Positions 41,769 through 57,431 of a stretch of DNA of 64,000 nt are shown here, piece by piece. The notes under the pieces were generated by a model. It did no database searches. It was not told the DNA's origin and was given only the letters and a program-made list of their open reading frames with translations. Each line of letters opens with the position of its first letter. The stretch's first letter is position 1. The DNA comes from Eledone cirrhosa (Eukaryota): positions 244,838,001 to 244,902,000 of the forward strand of contig OZ024741.1 of the NCBI GenBank assembly GCA_964016885.1, read 5' to 3'. The position numbers were made by a program, and so were the translations under genes.

Positions 41769-44700
41769 CATTTTTGGATTCGTTTTCTTCGAAGCACACC
41801 ATTCGCCGGCGGACTTTGTTGACGTTTAACACGGTTTGGTTCCACAGCCACAACTATTGATTTTACGGAGATATCTTGCTGAAATTCACGACACACATAG
41901 CCAATGTGAGTCTGCACATGTACCAGTAATTACAGATCGATCCGACCACGGGCGGCCGGCCCGCGATTGAAAAGGTAAATCCGCCGGCTAATCGTCATTT
42001 TTGGATTCGTTTTCTTCGAAGCACACCATTCGCCGGCGGACTTTGTTGACATTTAACACGGTTTGGTTCCACAGCCACAACTATTGATTTTACGGAGATA
42101 TCTTGCTGAAATTCACGACACACATAGCCAATGTGAGTCTGCACATGTACCAGTAATTACAGATCGATCCGACCACGGGCGGCCGGCCCGCGATTGAAAA
42201 GGTAAATCCGCCGGCTAATCGTCATTTTTGGATTCGTTTTCTTCGAAGCACACCATTCGCCGGCGGACTTTGTTGACGTTTAACACGGTTTGGTTCCACA
42301 GCCACAACTATTGATTTTACGGAGATATCTTGCTGAAATTCACGCCACACATAGCCAATGAGTATCTGCACATGTACCAGTAATTACAGATCGATCCGAC
42401 CGCGGGCGGCCGGCCCGCGATTAAAAAGGTAAAACCGCCGGCTAATTGTCATTTTTGGATTCGTTTTCTTCGAAGCACACCATTCGCCGGCGGACTTTGT
42501 TGACGTTTAACACGGTTTGGTTCCACAGCCACAACTATTGATTTTACGGAGATATCTTGCTGAAATTCACGCCACACATAGCCAATGAGTATCTGCACAT
42601 GTACCAGTAATTACAGATCGATCCGACCGCGGGCGGCCGGCCCGCGATTAAAAAGGTAAATCCGCCGGCTAATCGTCATTTTTGGATTCGTTTTCTTCGA
42701 AGCACACCATTCGCCGGCGGACTTTGTTGACGTTTAACACGGTTTGGTTCCACAGCCACAACTATTGATTTTACGGAGATATCTTGCTGAAATTCACGCC
42801 ACACATAGCCAATGAGTATCTGCACATGTACCAGTAATTACAGATCGATCCGACCGCGGGCGGCCGGCCCGCGATTAAAAAGGTAAAACCGCCGGCTAAT
42901 TGTCATTTTTGGATTCGTTTTCTTCGAAGCACACCATTCGCCGGCGGACTTTGTTGACGTTTAACACGGTTTGGTTCCACAGCCACAACTATTGATTTTA
43001 CGGAGATATCTTGCTGAAATTCACGCCACACATAGCCAATGAGTGTCTGCACATGTACCAGTAATTACAGATCGATCCGACCACGGGCGGCCGGCCCGCG
43101 ATTGAAAAGGTAAATCCGCCGGCTAATCGTCATTTTTGGATTCGTTTTCTTCGAAGCACACCATTCGCCGGCGGACTTTGTTGACGTTTAACACGGTTTG
43201 GTTCCACAGCCACAACTATTGATTTTACGGAGATATCTTGCTGAAATTCACGACACACATAGCCAATGTGAGTCTGCACATGTACCAGTAATTACAGATC
43301 GATCCGACCACGGGCGGCCGGCCCGCGATTGAAAAGGTAAATCCGCCGGCTAATCGTCATTTTTGGATTCGTTTTCTTCGAAGCACACCATTCGCCGGCG
43401 GACTTTGTTGACATTTAACACGGTTTGGTTCCACAGCCACAACTATTGATTTTACGGAGATATCTTGCTGAAATTCACGACACACATAGCCAATGTGAGT
43501 CTGCACATGTACCAGTAATTACAGATCGATCCGACCACGGGCGGCCGGCCCGCGATTGAAAAGGTAAATCCGCCGGCTAATCGTCATTTTTGGATTCGTT
43601 TTCTTCGAAGCACACCATTCGCCGGCGGACTTTGTTGACGTTTAACACGGTTTGGTTCCACAGCCACAACTATTGATTTTACGGAGATATCTTGCTGAAA
43701 TTCACGCCACACATAGCCAATGAGTATCTGCACATGTACCAGTAATTACAGATCGATCCGACCGCGGGCGGCCGGCCCGCGATTAAAAAGGTAAAACCGC
43801 CGGCTAATTGTCATTTTTGGATTCGTTTTCTTCGAAGCACACCATTCGCCGGCGGACTTTGTTGACGTTTAACACGGTTTGGTTCCACAGCCACAACTAT
43901 TGATTTTACGGAGATATCTTGCTGAAATTCACGCCACACATAGCCAATGAGTATCTGCACATGTACCAGTAATTACAGATCGATCCGACCGCGGGCGGCC
44001 GGCCCGCGATTAAAAAGGTAAATCCGCCGGCTAATCGTCATTTTTGGATTCGTTTTCTTCGAAGCACACCATTCGCCGGCGGACTTTGTTGACGTTTAAC
44101 ACCGTTTGGTTCCACAGCCACAACTATTGATTTTACGGAGATATCTTGCTGAAATTCACGCCACACATAGCCAATGGGTGTCTGCACATGTACCAGTAAT
44201 TACAGATCGATCCGACCACGGGCGGCCGGCCCGCGATTGAAAAGGTAAATCCGCCGGCTAACCGTCATTTTTGGATTCGTTTTCTTCGAAGCACACCATT
44301 CGCCGGCGGACTTTGTTGACGTTTAACACGGTTTGGTTCCACAGCCACAACTATTGATTTTACGGAGATATCTTGCTGAAATTCACGACACACATAGCCA
44401 ATGTGAGTCTGCACATGTACCAGTAATTACAGATCGATCCGACCACGGGCGGCCGGCCCGCGATTGAAAAGGTAAATCCGCCGGCTAATCGTCATTTTTG
44501 GATTCGTTTTCTTCGAAGCACACCATTCGCCGGCGGACTTTGTTGACATTTAACACGGTTTGGTTCCACAGCCACAACTATTGATTTTACGGAGATATCT
44601 TGCTGAAATTCACGACACACATAGCCAATGTGAGTCTGCACATGTACCAGTAATTACAGATCGATCCGACCACGGGCGGCCGGCCCGCGATTGAAAAGGT

Positions 44701-46762
44701 AAATCCGCCGGCTAATCGTCATTTTTGGATTCGTTTTCTTCGAAGCACACCATTCGCCGGCGGACTTTGTTGACGTTTAACACGGTTTGGTTCCACAGCC
44801 ACAACTATTGATTTTACGGAGATATCTTGCTGAAATTCACGCCACACATAGCCAATGAGTATCTGCACATGTACCAGTAATTACAGATCGATCCGACCGC
44901 GGGCGGCCGGCCCGCGATTAAAAAGGTAAAACCGCCGGCTAATTGTCATTTTTGGATTCGTTTTCTTCGAAGCACACCATTCGCCGGCGGACTTTGTTGA
45001 CGTTTAACACGGTTTGGTTCCACAGCCACAACTATTGATTTTACGGAGATATCTTGCTGAAATTCACGCCACACATAGCCAATGAGTATCTGCACATGTA
45101 CCAGTAATTACAGATCGATCCGACCGCGGGCGGCCGGCCCGCGATTAAAAAGGTAAATCCGCCGGCTAATCGTCATTTTTGGATTCGTTTTCTTCGAAGC
45201 ACACCATTCGCCGGCGGACTTTGTTGACGTTTAACACGGTTTGGTTCCACAGCCACAACTATTGATTTTACGGAGATATCTTGCTGAAATTCACGCCACA
45301 CATAGCCAATGAGTATCTGCACATGTACCAGTAATTACAGATCGATCCGACCGCGGGCGGCCGGCCCGCGATTAAAAAGGTAAAACCGCCGGCTAATTGT
45401 CATTTTTGGATTCGTTTTCTTCGAAGCACACCATTCGCCGGCGGACTTTGTTGACGTTTAACACGGTTTGGTTCCACAGCCACAACTATTGATTTTACGG
45501 AGATATCTTGCTGAAATTCACGCCACACATAGCCAATGAGTGTCTGCACATGTACCAGTAATTACAGATCGATCCGACCACGGGCGGCCGGCCCGCGATT
45601 GAAAAGGTAAATCCGCCGGCTAATCGTCATTTTTGGATTCGTTTTCTTCGAAGCACACCATTCGCCGGCGGACTTTGTTGACGTTTAACACGGTTTGGTT
45701 CCACAGCCACAACTATTGATTTTACGGAGATATCTTGCTGAAATTCACGACACACATAGCCAATGTGAGTCTGCACATGTACCAGTAATTACAGATCGAT
45801 CCGACCACGGGCGGCCGGCCCGCGATTGAAAAGGTAAATCCGCCGGCTAATCGTCATTTTTGGATTCGTTTTCTTCGAAGCACACCATTCGCCGGCGGAC
45901 TTTGTTGACATTTAACACGGTTTGGTTCCACAGCCACAACTATTGATTTTACGGAGATATCTTGCTGAAATTCACGACACACATAGCCAATGTGAGTCTG
46001 CACATGTACCAGTAATTACAGATCGATCCGACCACGGGCGGCCGGCCCGCGATTGAAAAGGTAAATCCGCCGGCTAATCGTCATTTTTGGATTCGTTTTC
46101 TTCGAAGCACACCATTCGCCGGCGGACTTTGTTGACGTTTAACACGGTTTGGTTCCACAGCCACAACTATTGATTTTACGGAGATATCTTGCTGAAATTC
46201 ACGCCACACATAGCCAATGAGTATCTGCACATGTACCAGTAATTACAGATCGATCCGACCGCGGGCGGCCGGCCCGCGATTAAAAAGGTAAAACCGCCGG
46301 CTAATTGTCATTTTTGGATTCGTTTTCTTCGAAGCACACCATTCGCCGGCGGACTTTGTTGACGTTTAACACGGTTTGGTTCCACAGCCACAACTATTGA
46401 TTTTACGGAGATATCTTGCTGAAATTCACGCCACACATAGCCAATGAGTATCTGCACATGTACCAGTAATTACAGATCGATCCGACCGCGGGCGGCCGGC
46501 CCGCGATTAAAAAGGTAAATCCGCCGGCTAATCGTCATTTTTGGATTCGTTTTCTTCGAAGCACACCATTCGCCGGCGGACTTTGTTGACGTTTAACACC
46601 GTTTGGTTCCACAGCCACAACTATTGATTTTACGGAGATATCTTGCTGAAATTCACGCCACACATAGCCAATGGGTGTCTGCACATGTACCAGTAATTAC
46701 AGATCGATCCGACCACGGGCGGCCGGCCCGCGATTGAAAAGGTAAATCCGCCGGCTAACCGT
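41769..46762 (+). repeat. 11-mer higher-order repeat (2497 bp x2)
   Basis: Copies 185-195 match copies 196-206 (A,iA,L,B,L,C,A,iA,L,B,cG). The string recurs at 52438-54934, and 10 of the 11 monomers recur at 38137-40406. Confidence 0.85.
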
Positions 46763-49700
46763 CATTTTTGGATTCGTTTTCTTCGAAGCACACCATTCGC
46801 CGGCGGACTTTGTTGACGTTTAACACGGTTTGGTTCCACAGCCACAACTATTGATTTTACGGAGATATCTTGCTGAAATTCACGCCACACATAGCCAATG
46901 AGTGTCTGCACATGTACCAGTAATTACAGATCGATCCGACCACGGGCGGCCGGCCCGCGATTGAAAAGGTAAATCCGCCGGCTAATCGTCATTTTTGGAT
47001 TCGTTTTCTTCGAAGCACACCATTCGCCGGCGGACTTTGTTGACGTTTAACACGGTTTGGTTCCACAGCCACAACTATTGATTTTACGGAGATATCTTGC
47101 TGAAATTCACGACACACATAGCCAATGTGAGTCTGCACATGTACCAGTAATTACAGATCGATCCGACCACGGGCGGCCGGCCCGCGATTGAAAAGGTAAA
47201 TCCGCCGGCTAATCGTCATTTTTGGATTCGTTTTCTTCGAAGCACACCATTCGCCGGCGGACTTTGTTGACATTTAACACGGTTTGGTTCCACAGCCACA
47301 ACTATTGATTTTACGGAGATATCTTGCTGAAATTCACGACACACATAGCCAATGTGAGTCTGCACATGTACCAGTAATTACAGATCGATCCGACCACGGG
47401 CGGCCGGCCCGCGATTGAAAAGGTAAATCCGCCGGCTAATCGTCATTTTTGGATTCGTTTTCTTCGAAGCACACCATTCGCCGGCGGACTTTGTTGACGT
47501 TTAACACGGTTTGGTTCCACAGCCACAACTATTGATTTTACGGAGATATCTTGCTGAAATTCACGCCACACATAGCCAATGAGTATCTGCACATGTACCA
47601 GTAATTACAGATCGATCCGACCGCGGGCGGCCGGCCCGCGATTAAAAAGGTAAAACCGCCGGCTAATTGTCATTTTTGGATTCGTTTTCTTCGAAGCACA
47701 CCATTCGCCGGCGGACTTTGTTGACGTTTAACACGGTTTGGTTCCACAGCCACAACTATTGATTTTACGGAGATATCTTGCTGAAATTCACGCCACACAT
47801 AGCCAATGAGTATCTGCACATGTACCAGTAATTACAGATCGATCCGACCGCGGGCGGCCGGCCCGCGATTAAAAAGGTAAATCCGCCGGCTAATCGTCAT
47901 TTTTGGATTCGTTTTCTTCGAAGCACACCATTCGCCGGCGGACTTTGTTGACGTTTAACACCGTTTGGTTCCACAGCCACAACTATTGATTTTACGGAGA
48001 TATCTTGCTGAAATTCACGCCACACATAGCCAATGGGTGTCTGCACATGTACCAGTAATTACAGATCGATCCGACCACGGGCGGCCGGCCCGCGATTGAA
48101 AAGGTAAATCCGCCGGCTAACCGTCATTTTTGGATTCGTTTTCTTCGAAGCACACCATTCGCCGGCGGACTTTGTTGACGTTTAACACGGTTTGGTTCCA
48201 CAGCCACAACTATTGATTTTACGGAGATATCTTGCTGAAATTCACGCCACACATAGCCAATGAGTGTCTGCACATGTACCAGTAATTACAGATCGATCCG
48301 ACCACGGGCGGCCGGCCCGCGATTGAAAAGGTAAATCCGCCGGCTAATCGTCATTTTTGGATTCGTTTTCTTCGAAGCACACCATTCGCCGGCGGACTTT
48401 GTTGACGTTTAACACGGTTTGGTTCCACAGCCACAACTATTGATTTTACGGAGATATCTTGCTGAAATTCACGCCACACATAGCCAATGAGTGTCTGCAC
48501 ATGTACCAGTAATTACAGATCGATCCGACCGCGGGCGGCCGGCCCGCGATTGAAAAGGTAAATCCGCCGGCTAATAGTCATTTTTGGATTCGTTTTCTTC
48601 GAAGCACACCATTCGCCGGCGGACTTTGTTGACGTTTAACACGGTTTGGTTCCACAGCCACAACTATTGATTTTACGGAGATATCTTGCTGAAATTCACG
48701 CCACACATAGCCAATGAGTGTCTGCACATGTACCAGTAATTACAGATCGATCCGACCACGGGCGGCCGGCCCGCGATTGAAAAGGTAAATCCGCCGGCTA
48801 ATCGTCATTTTTGGATTCGTTTTCTTCGAAGCACACCATTCGCCGGCGGACTTTGTTGACGTTTAACACGGTTTGGTTCCACAGCCACAACTATTGATTT
48901 TACGGAGATATCTTGCTGAAATTCACGACACACATAGCCAATGTGAGTCTGCACATGTACCAGTAATTACAGATCGATCCGACCACGGGCGGCCGGCCCG
49001 CGATTGAAAAGGTAAATCCGCCGGCTAATCGTCATTTTTGGATTCGTTTTCTTCGAAGCACACCATTCGCCGGCGGACTTTGTTGACATTTAACACGGTT
49101 TGGTTCCACAGCCACAACTATTGATTTTACGGAGATATCTTGCTGAAATTCACGCCACACATAGCCAATGGGTGTCTGCACATGTACCAGTAATTACAGA
49201 TCGATCCGACCACGGGCGGCCGGCCCGCGATTGAAAAGGTAAATCCGCCGGCTAACCGTCATTTTTGGATTCGTTTTCTTCGAAGCACACCATTCGCCGG
49301 CGGACTTTGTTGACGTTTAACACGGTTTGGTTCCACAGCCACAACTATTGATTTTACGGAGATATCTTGCTGAAATTCACGCCACACATAGCCAATGAGT
49401 GTCTGCACATGTACCAGTAATTACAGATCGATCCGACCACGGGCGGCCGGCCCGCGATTGAAAAGGTAAATCCGCCGGCTAATCGTCATTTTTGGATTCG
49501 TTTTCTTCGAAGCACACCATTCGCCGGCGGACTTTGTTGACGTTTAACACGGTTTGGTTCCACAGCCACAACTATTGATTTTACGGAGATATCTTGCTGA
49601 AATTCACGACACACATAGCCAATGTGAGTCTGCACATGTACCAGTAATTACAGATCGATCCGACCACGGGCGGCCGGCCCGCGATTGAAAAGGTAAATCC

Positions 49701-52700
49701 GCCGGCTAATCGTCATTTTTGGATTCGTTTTCTTCGAAGCACACCATTCGCCGGCGGACTTTGTTGACGTTTAACACGGTTTGGTTCCACAGCCACAACT
49801 ATTGATTTTACGGAGATATCTTGCTGAAATTCACGCCACACATAGCCAATGAGTATCTGCACATGTACCAGTAATTACAGATCGATCCGACCGCGGGCGG
49901 CCGGCCCGCGATTAAAAAGGTAAAACCGCCGGCTAATTGTCATTTTTGGATTCGTTTTCTTCGAAGCACACCATTCGCCGGCGGACTTTGTTGACGTTTA
50001 ACACGGTTTGGTTCCACAGCCACAACTATTGATTTTACGGAGATATCTTGCTGAAATTCACGCCACACATAGCCAATGAGTGTCTGCACATGTACCAGTA
50101 ATTACAGATCGATCCGACCGCGGGCGGCCGGCCCGCGATTGAAAAGGTAAATCCGCCGGCTAATAGTCATTTTTGGATTCGTTTTCTTCGAAGCACACCA
50201 TTCGCCGGCGGACTTTGTTGACGTTTAACACGGTTTGGTTCCACAGCCACAACTATTGATTTTACGGAGATATCTTGCTGAAATTCACGCCACACATAGC
50301 CAATGAGTGTCTGCACATGTACCAGTAATTACAGATCGATCCGACCACGGGCGGCCGGCCCGCGATTGAAAAGGTAAATCCGCCGGCTAATCGTCATTTT
50401 TGGATTCGTTTTCTTCGAAGCACACCATTCGCCGGCGGACTTTGTTGACGTTTAACACGGTTTGGTTCCACAGCCACAACTATTGATTTTACGGAGATAT
50501 CTTGCTGAAATTCACGACACACATAGCCAATGTGAGTCTGCACATGTACCAGTAATTACAGATCGATCCGACCACGGGCGGCCGGCCCGCGATTGAAAAG
50601 GTAAATCCGCCGGCTAATCGTCATTTTTGGATTCGTTTTCTTCGAAGCACACCATTCGCCGGCGGACTTTGTTGACATTTAACACGGTTTGGTTCCACAG
50701 CCACAACTATTGATTTTACGGAGATATCTTGCTGAAATTCACGACACACATAGCCAATGAGTATCTGCACATGTACCAGTAATTACAGATCGATCCGACC
50801 GCGGGCGGCCGGCCCGCGATTAAAAAGGTAAATCCGCCGGCTAATCGTCATTTTTGGATTCGTTTTCTTCGAAGCACACCATTCGCCGGCGGACTTTGTT
50901 GACGTTTAACACCGTTTGGTTCCACAGCCACAACTATTGATTTTACGGAGATATCTTGCTGAAATTCACGCCACACATAGCCAATGGGTGTCTGCACATG
51001 TACCAGTAATTACAGATCGATCCGACCACGGGCGGCCGGCCCGCGATTGAAAAGGTAAATCCGCCGGCTAACCGTCATTTTTGGATTCGTTTTCTTCGAA
51101 GCACACCATTCGCCGGCGGACTTTGTTGACGTTTAACACGGTTTGGTTCCACAGCCACAACTATTGATTTTACGGAGATATCTTGCTGAAATTCACGCCA
51201 CACATAGCCAATGAGTGTCTGCACATGTACCAGTAATTACAGATCGATCCGACCACGGGCGGCCGGCCCGCGATTGAAAAGGTAAATCCGCCGGCTAATC
51301 GTCATTTTTGGATTCGTTTTCTTCGAAGCACACCATTCGCCGGCGGACTTTGTTGACGTTTAACACGGTTTGGTTCCACAGCCACAACTATTGATTTTAC
51401 GGAGATATCTTGCTGAAATTCACGCCACACATAGCCAATGAGTGTCTGCACATGTACCAGTAATTACAGATCGATCCGACCGCGGGCGGCCGGCCCGCGA
51501 TTGAAAAGGTAAATCCGCCGGCTAATCGTCATTTTTGGATTCGTTTTCTTCGAAGCACACCATTCGCCGGCGGACTTTGTTGACGTTTAACACGGTTTGG
51601 TTCCACAGCCACAACTATTGATTTTACGGAGATATCTTGCTGAAATTCACGCCACACATAGCCAATGAGTATCTGCACATGTACCAGTAATTACAGATCG
51701 ATCCGACCGCGGGCGGCCGGCCCGCGATTAAAAAGGTAAAACCGCCGGCTAATTGTCATTTTTGGATTCGTTTTCTTCGAAGCACACCATTCGCCGGCGG
51801 ACTTTGTTGACGTTTAACACGGTTTGGTTCCACAGCCACAACTATTGATTTTACGGAGATATCTTGCTGAAATTCACGCCACACATAGCCAATGAGTATC
51901 TGCACATGTACCAGTAATTACAGATCGATCCGACCGCGGGCGGCCGGCCCGCGATTAAAAAGGTAAATCCGCCGGCTAATCGTCATTTTTGGATTCGTTT
52001 TCTTCGAAGCACACCATTCGCCGGCGGACTTTGTTGACGTTTAACACCGTTTGGTTCCACAGCCACAACTATTGATTTTACGGAGATATCTTGCTGAAAT
52101 TCACGCCACACATAGCCAATGGGTGTCTGCACATGTACCAGTAATTACAGATCGATCCGACCACGGGCGGCCGGCCCGCGATTGAAAAGGTAAATCCGCC
52201 GGCTAACCGTCATTTTTGGATTCGTTTTCTTCGAAGCACACCATTCGCCGGCGGACTTTGTTGACGTTTAACACGGTTTGGTTCCACAGCCACAACTATT
52301 GATTTTACGGAGATATCTTGCTGAAATTCACGCCACACATAGCCAATGAGTATCTGCACATGTACCAGTAATTACAGATCGATCCGACCGCGGGCGGCCG
52401 GCCCGCGATTAAAAAGGTAAATCCGCCGGCTAATCGTCATTTTTGGATTCGTTTTCTTCGAAGCACACCATTCGCCGGCGGACTTTGTTGACGTTTAACA
52501 CGGTTTGGTTCCACAGCCACAACTATTGATTTTACGGAGATATCTTGCTGAAATTCACGACACACATAGCCAATGTGAGTCTGCACATGTACCAGTAATT
52601 ACAGATCGATCCGACCACGGGCGGCCGGCCCGCGATTGAAAAGGTAAATCCGCCGGCTAATCGTCATTTTTGGATTCGTTTTCTTCGAAGCACACCATTC

Positions 52701-55700
52701 GCCGGCGGACTTTGTTGACATTTAACACGGTTTGGTTCCACAGCCACAACTATTGATTTTACGGAGATATCTTGCTGAAATTCACGACACACATAGCCAA
52801 TGTGAGTCTGCACATGTACCAGTAATTACAGATCGATCCGACCACGGGCGGCCGGCCCGCGATTGAAAAGGTAAATCCGCCGGCTAATCGTCATTTTTGG
52901 ATTCGTTTTCTTCGAAGCACACCATTCGCCGGCGGACTTTGTTGACGTTTAACACGGTTTGGTTCCACAGCCACAACTATTGATTTTACGGAGATATCTT
53001 GCTGAAATTCACGCCACACATAGCCAATGAGTATCTGCACATGTACCAGTAATTACAGATCGATCCGACCGCGGGCGGCCGGCCCGCGATTAAAAAGGTA
53101 AAACCGCCGGCTAATTGTCATTTTTGGATTCGTTTTCTTCGAAGCACACCATTCGCCGGCGGACTTTGTTGACGTTTAACACGGTTTGGTTCCACAGCCA
53201 CAACTATTGATTTTACGGAGATATCTTGCTGAAATTCACGCCACACATAGCCAATGAGTATCTGCACATGTACCAGTAATTACAGATCGATCCGACCGCG
53301 GGCGGCCGGCCCGCGATTAAAAAGGTAAATCCGCCGGCTAATCGTCATTTTTGGATTCGTTTTCTTCGAAGCACACCATTCGCCGGCGGACTTTGTTGAC
53401 GTTTAACACGGTTTGGTTCCACAGCCACAACTATTGATTTTACGGAGATATCTTGCTGAAATTCACGCCACACATAGCCAATGAGTATCTGCACATGTAC
53501 CAGTAATTACAGATCGATCCGACCGCGGGCGGCCGGCCCGCGATTAAAAAGGTAAAACCGCCGGCTAATTGTCATTTTTGGATTCGTTTTCTTCGAAGCA
53601 CACCATTCGCCGGCGGACTTTGTTGACGTTTAACACGGTTTGGTTCCACAGCCACAACTATTGATTTTACGGAGATATCTTGCTGAAATTCACGCCACAC
53701 ATAGCCAATGAGTGTCTGCACATGTACCAGTAATTACAGATCGATCCGACCACGGGCGGCCGGCCCGCGATTGAAAAGGTAAATCCGCCGGCTAATCGTC
53801 ATTTTTGGATTCGTTTTCTTCGAAGCACACCATTCGCCGGCGGACTTTGTTGACGTTTAACACGGTTTGGTTCCACAGCCACAACTATTGATTTTACGGA
53901 GATATCTTGCTGAAATTCACGACACACATAGCCAATGTGAGTCTGCACATGTACCAGTAATTACAGATCGATCCGACCACGGGCGGCCGGCCCGCGATTG
54001 AAAAGGTAAATCCGCCGGCTAATCGTCATTTTTGGATTCGTTTTCTTCGAAGCACACCATTCGCCGGCGGACTTTGTTGACATTTAACACGGTTTGGTTC
54101 CACAGCCACAACTATTGATTTTACGGAGATATCTTGCTGAAATTCACGACACACATAGCCAATGTGAGTCTGCACATGTACCAGTAATTACAGATCAATC
54201 CGACCACGGGCGGCCGGCCCGCGATTGAAAAGGTAAATCCGCCGGCTAATCGTCATTTTTGGATTCGTTTTCTTCGAAGCACACCATTCGCCGGCGGACT
54301 TTGTTGACGTTTAACACGGTTTGGTTCCACAGCCACAACTATTGATTTTACGGAGATATCTTGCTGAAATTCACGCCACACATAGCCAATGAGTATCTGC
54401 ACATGTACCAGTAATTACAGATCGATCCGACCGCGGGCGGCCGGCCCGCGATTAAAAAGGTAAAACCGCCGGCTAATTGTCATTTTTGGATTCGTTTTCT
54501 TCGAAGCACACCATTCGCCGGCGGACTTTGTTGACGTTTAACACGGTTTGGTTCCACAGCCACAACTATTGATTTTACGGAGATATCTTGCTGAAATTCA
54601 CGCCACACATAGCCAATGAGTATCTGCACATGTACCAGTAATTACAGATCGATCCGACCGCGGGCGGCCGGCCCGCGATTAAAAAGGTAAATCCGCCGGC
54701 TAATCGTCATTTTTGGATTCGTTTTCTTCGAAGCACACCATTCGCCGGCGGACTTTGTTGACGTTTAACACCGTTTGGTTCCACAGCCACAACTATTGAT
54801 TTTACGGAGATATCTTGCTGAAATTCACGCCACACATAGCCAATGGGTGTCTGCACATGTACCAGTAATTACAGATCGATCCGACCACGGGCGGCCGGCC
54901 CGCGATTGAAAAGGTAAATCCGCCGGCTAACCGTCATTTTTGGATTCGTTTTCTTCGAAGCACACCATTCGCCGGCGGACTTTGTTGACGTTTAACACGG
55001 TTTGGTTCCACAGCCACAACTATTGATTTTACGGAGATATCTTGCTGAAATTCACGCCACACATAGCCAATGAGTGTCTGCACATGTACCAGTAATTACA
55101 GATCGATCCGACCACGGGCGGCCGGCCCGCGATTGAAAAGGTAAATCCGCCGGCTAATCGTCATTTTTGGATTCGTTTTCTTCGAAGCACACCATTCGCC
55201 GGCGGACTTTGTTGACGTTTAACACGGTTTGGTTCCACAGCCACAACTATTGATTTTACGGAGATATCTTGCTGAAATTCACGCCACACATAGCCAATGA
55301 GTGTCTGCACATGTACCAGTAATTACAGATCGATCCGACCGCGGGCGGCCGGCCCGCGATTGAAAAGGTAAATCCGCCGGCTAATAGTCATTTTTGGATT
55401 CGTTTTCTTCGAAGCACACCATTCGCCGGCGGACTTTGTTGACGTTTAACACGGTTTGGTTCCACAGCCACAACTATTGATTTTACGGAGATATCTTGCT
55501 GAAATTCACGCCACACATAGCCAATGAGTGTCTGCACATGTACCAGTAATTACAGATCGATCCGACCACGGGCGGCCGGCCCGCGATTGAAAAGGTAAAT
55601 CCGCCGGCTAATCGTCATTTTTGGATTCGTTTTCTTCGAAGCACACCATTCGCCGGCGGACTTTGTTGACGTTTAACACGGTTTGGTTCCACAGCCACAA

Positions 55701-57431
55701 CTATTGATTTTACGGAGATATCTTGCTGAAATTCACGACACACATAGCCAATGTGAGTCTGCACATGTACCAGTAATTACAGATCGATCCGACCACGGGC
55801 GGCCGGCCCGCGATTGAAAAGGTAAATCCGCCGGCTAATCGTCATTTTTGGATTCGTTTTCTTCGAAGCACACCATTCGCCGGCGGACTTTGTTGACATT
55901 TAACACGGTTTGGTTCCACAGCCACAACTATTGATTTTACGGAGATATCTTGCTGAAATTCACGCCACACATAGCCAATGGGTGTCTGCACATGTACCAG
56001 TAATTACAGATCGATCCGACCACGGGCGGCCGGCCCGCGATTGAAAAGGTAAATCCGCCGGCTAACCGTCATTTTTGGATTCGTTTTCTTCGAAGCACAC
56101 CATTCGCCGGCGGACTTTGTTGACGTTTAACACGGTTTGGTTCCACAGCCACAACTATTGATTTTACGGAGATATCTTGCTGAAATTCACGCCACACATA
56201 GCCAATGAGTGTCTGCACATGTACCAGTAATTACAGATCGATCCGACCACGGGCGGCCGGCCCGCGATTGAAAAGGTAAATCCGCCGGCTAATCGTCATT
56301 TTTGGATTCGTTTTCTTCGAAGCACACCATTCGCCGGCGGACTTTGTTGACGTTTAACACGGTTTGGTTCCACAGCCACAACTATTGATTTTACGGAGAT
56401 ATCTTGCTGAAATTCACGACACACATAGCCAATGTGAGTCTGCACATGTACCAGTAATTACAGATCGATCCGACCACGGGCGGCCGGCCCGCGATTGAAA
56501 AGGTAAATCCGCCGGCTAATCGTCATTTTTGGATTCGTTTTCTTCGAAGCACACCATTCGCCGGCGGACTTTGTTGACGTTTAACACGGTTTGGTTCCAC
56601 AGCCACAACTATTGATTTTACGGAGATATCTTGCTGAAATTCACGCCACACATAGCCAATGAGTATCTGCACATGTACCAGTAATTACAGATCGATCCGA
56701 CCGCGGGCGGCCGGCCCGCGATTAAAAAGGTAAAACCGCCGGCTAATTGTCATTTTTGGATTCGTTTTCTTCGAAGCACACCATTCGCCGGCGGACTTTG
56801 TTGACGTTTAACACGGTTTGGTTCCACAGCCACAACTATTGATTTTACGGAGATATCTTGCTGAAATTCACGCCACACATAGCCAATGAGTGTCTGCACA
56901 TGTACCAGTAATTACAGATCGATCCGACCGCGGGCGGCCGGCCCGCGATTGAAAAGGTAAATCCGCCGGCTAATAGTCATTTTTGGATTCGTTTTCTTCG
57001 AAGCACACCATTCGCCGGCGGACTTTGTTGACGTTTAACACGGTTTGGTTCCACAGCCACAACTATTGATTTTACGGAGATATCTTGCTGAAATTCACGC
57101 CACACATAGCCAATGAGTGTCTGCACATGTACCAGTAATTACAGATCGATCCGACCACGGGCGGCCGGCCCGCGATTGAAAAGGTAAATCCGCCGGCTAA
57201 TCGTCATTTTTGGATTCGTTTTCTTCGAAGCACACCATTCGCCGGCGGACTTTGTTGACGTTTAACACGGTTTGGTTCCACAGCCACAACTATTGATTTT
57301 ACGGAGATATCTTGCTGAAATTCACGACACACATAGCCAATGTGAGTCTGCACATGTACCAGTAATTACAGATCGATCCGACCACGGGCGGCCGGCCCGC
57401 GATTGAAAAGGTAAATCCGCCGGCTAATCGT
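46763..57431 (+). repeat. 17-monomer block duplicated at a 30-monomer (6810 bp) offset
   Basis: Copies 207-223 (46763-50621) match copies 237-253 (53573-57431), including the uncommon iG monomer at 49033 and 55843. The second copy carries a private G171A at 54197. Confidence 0.85.
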
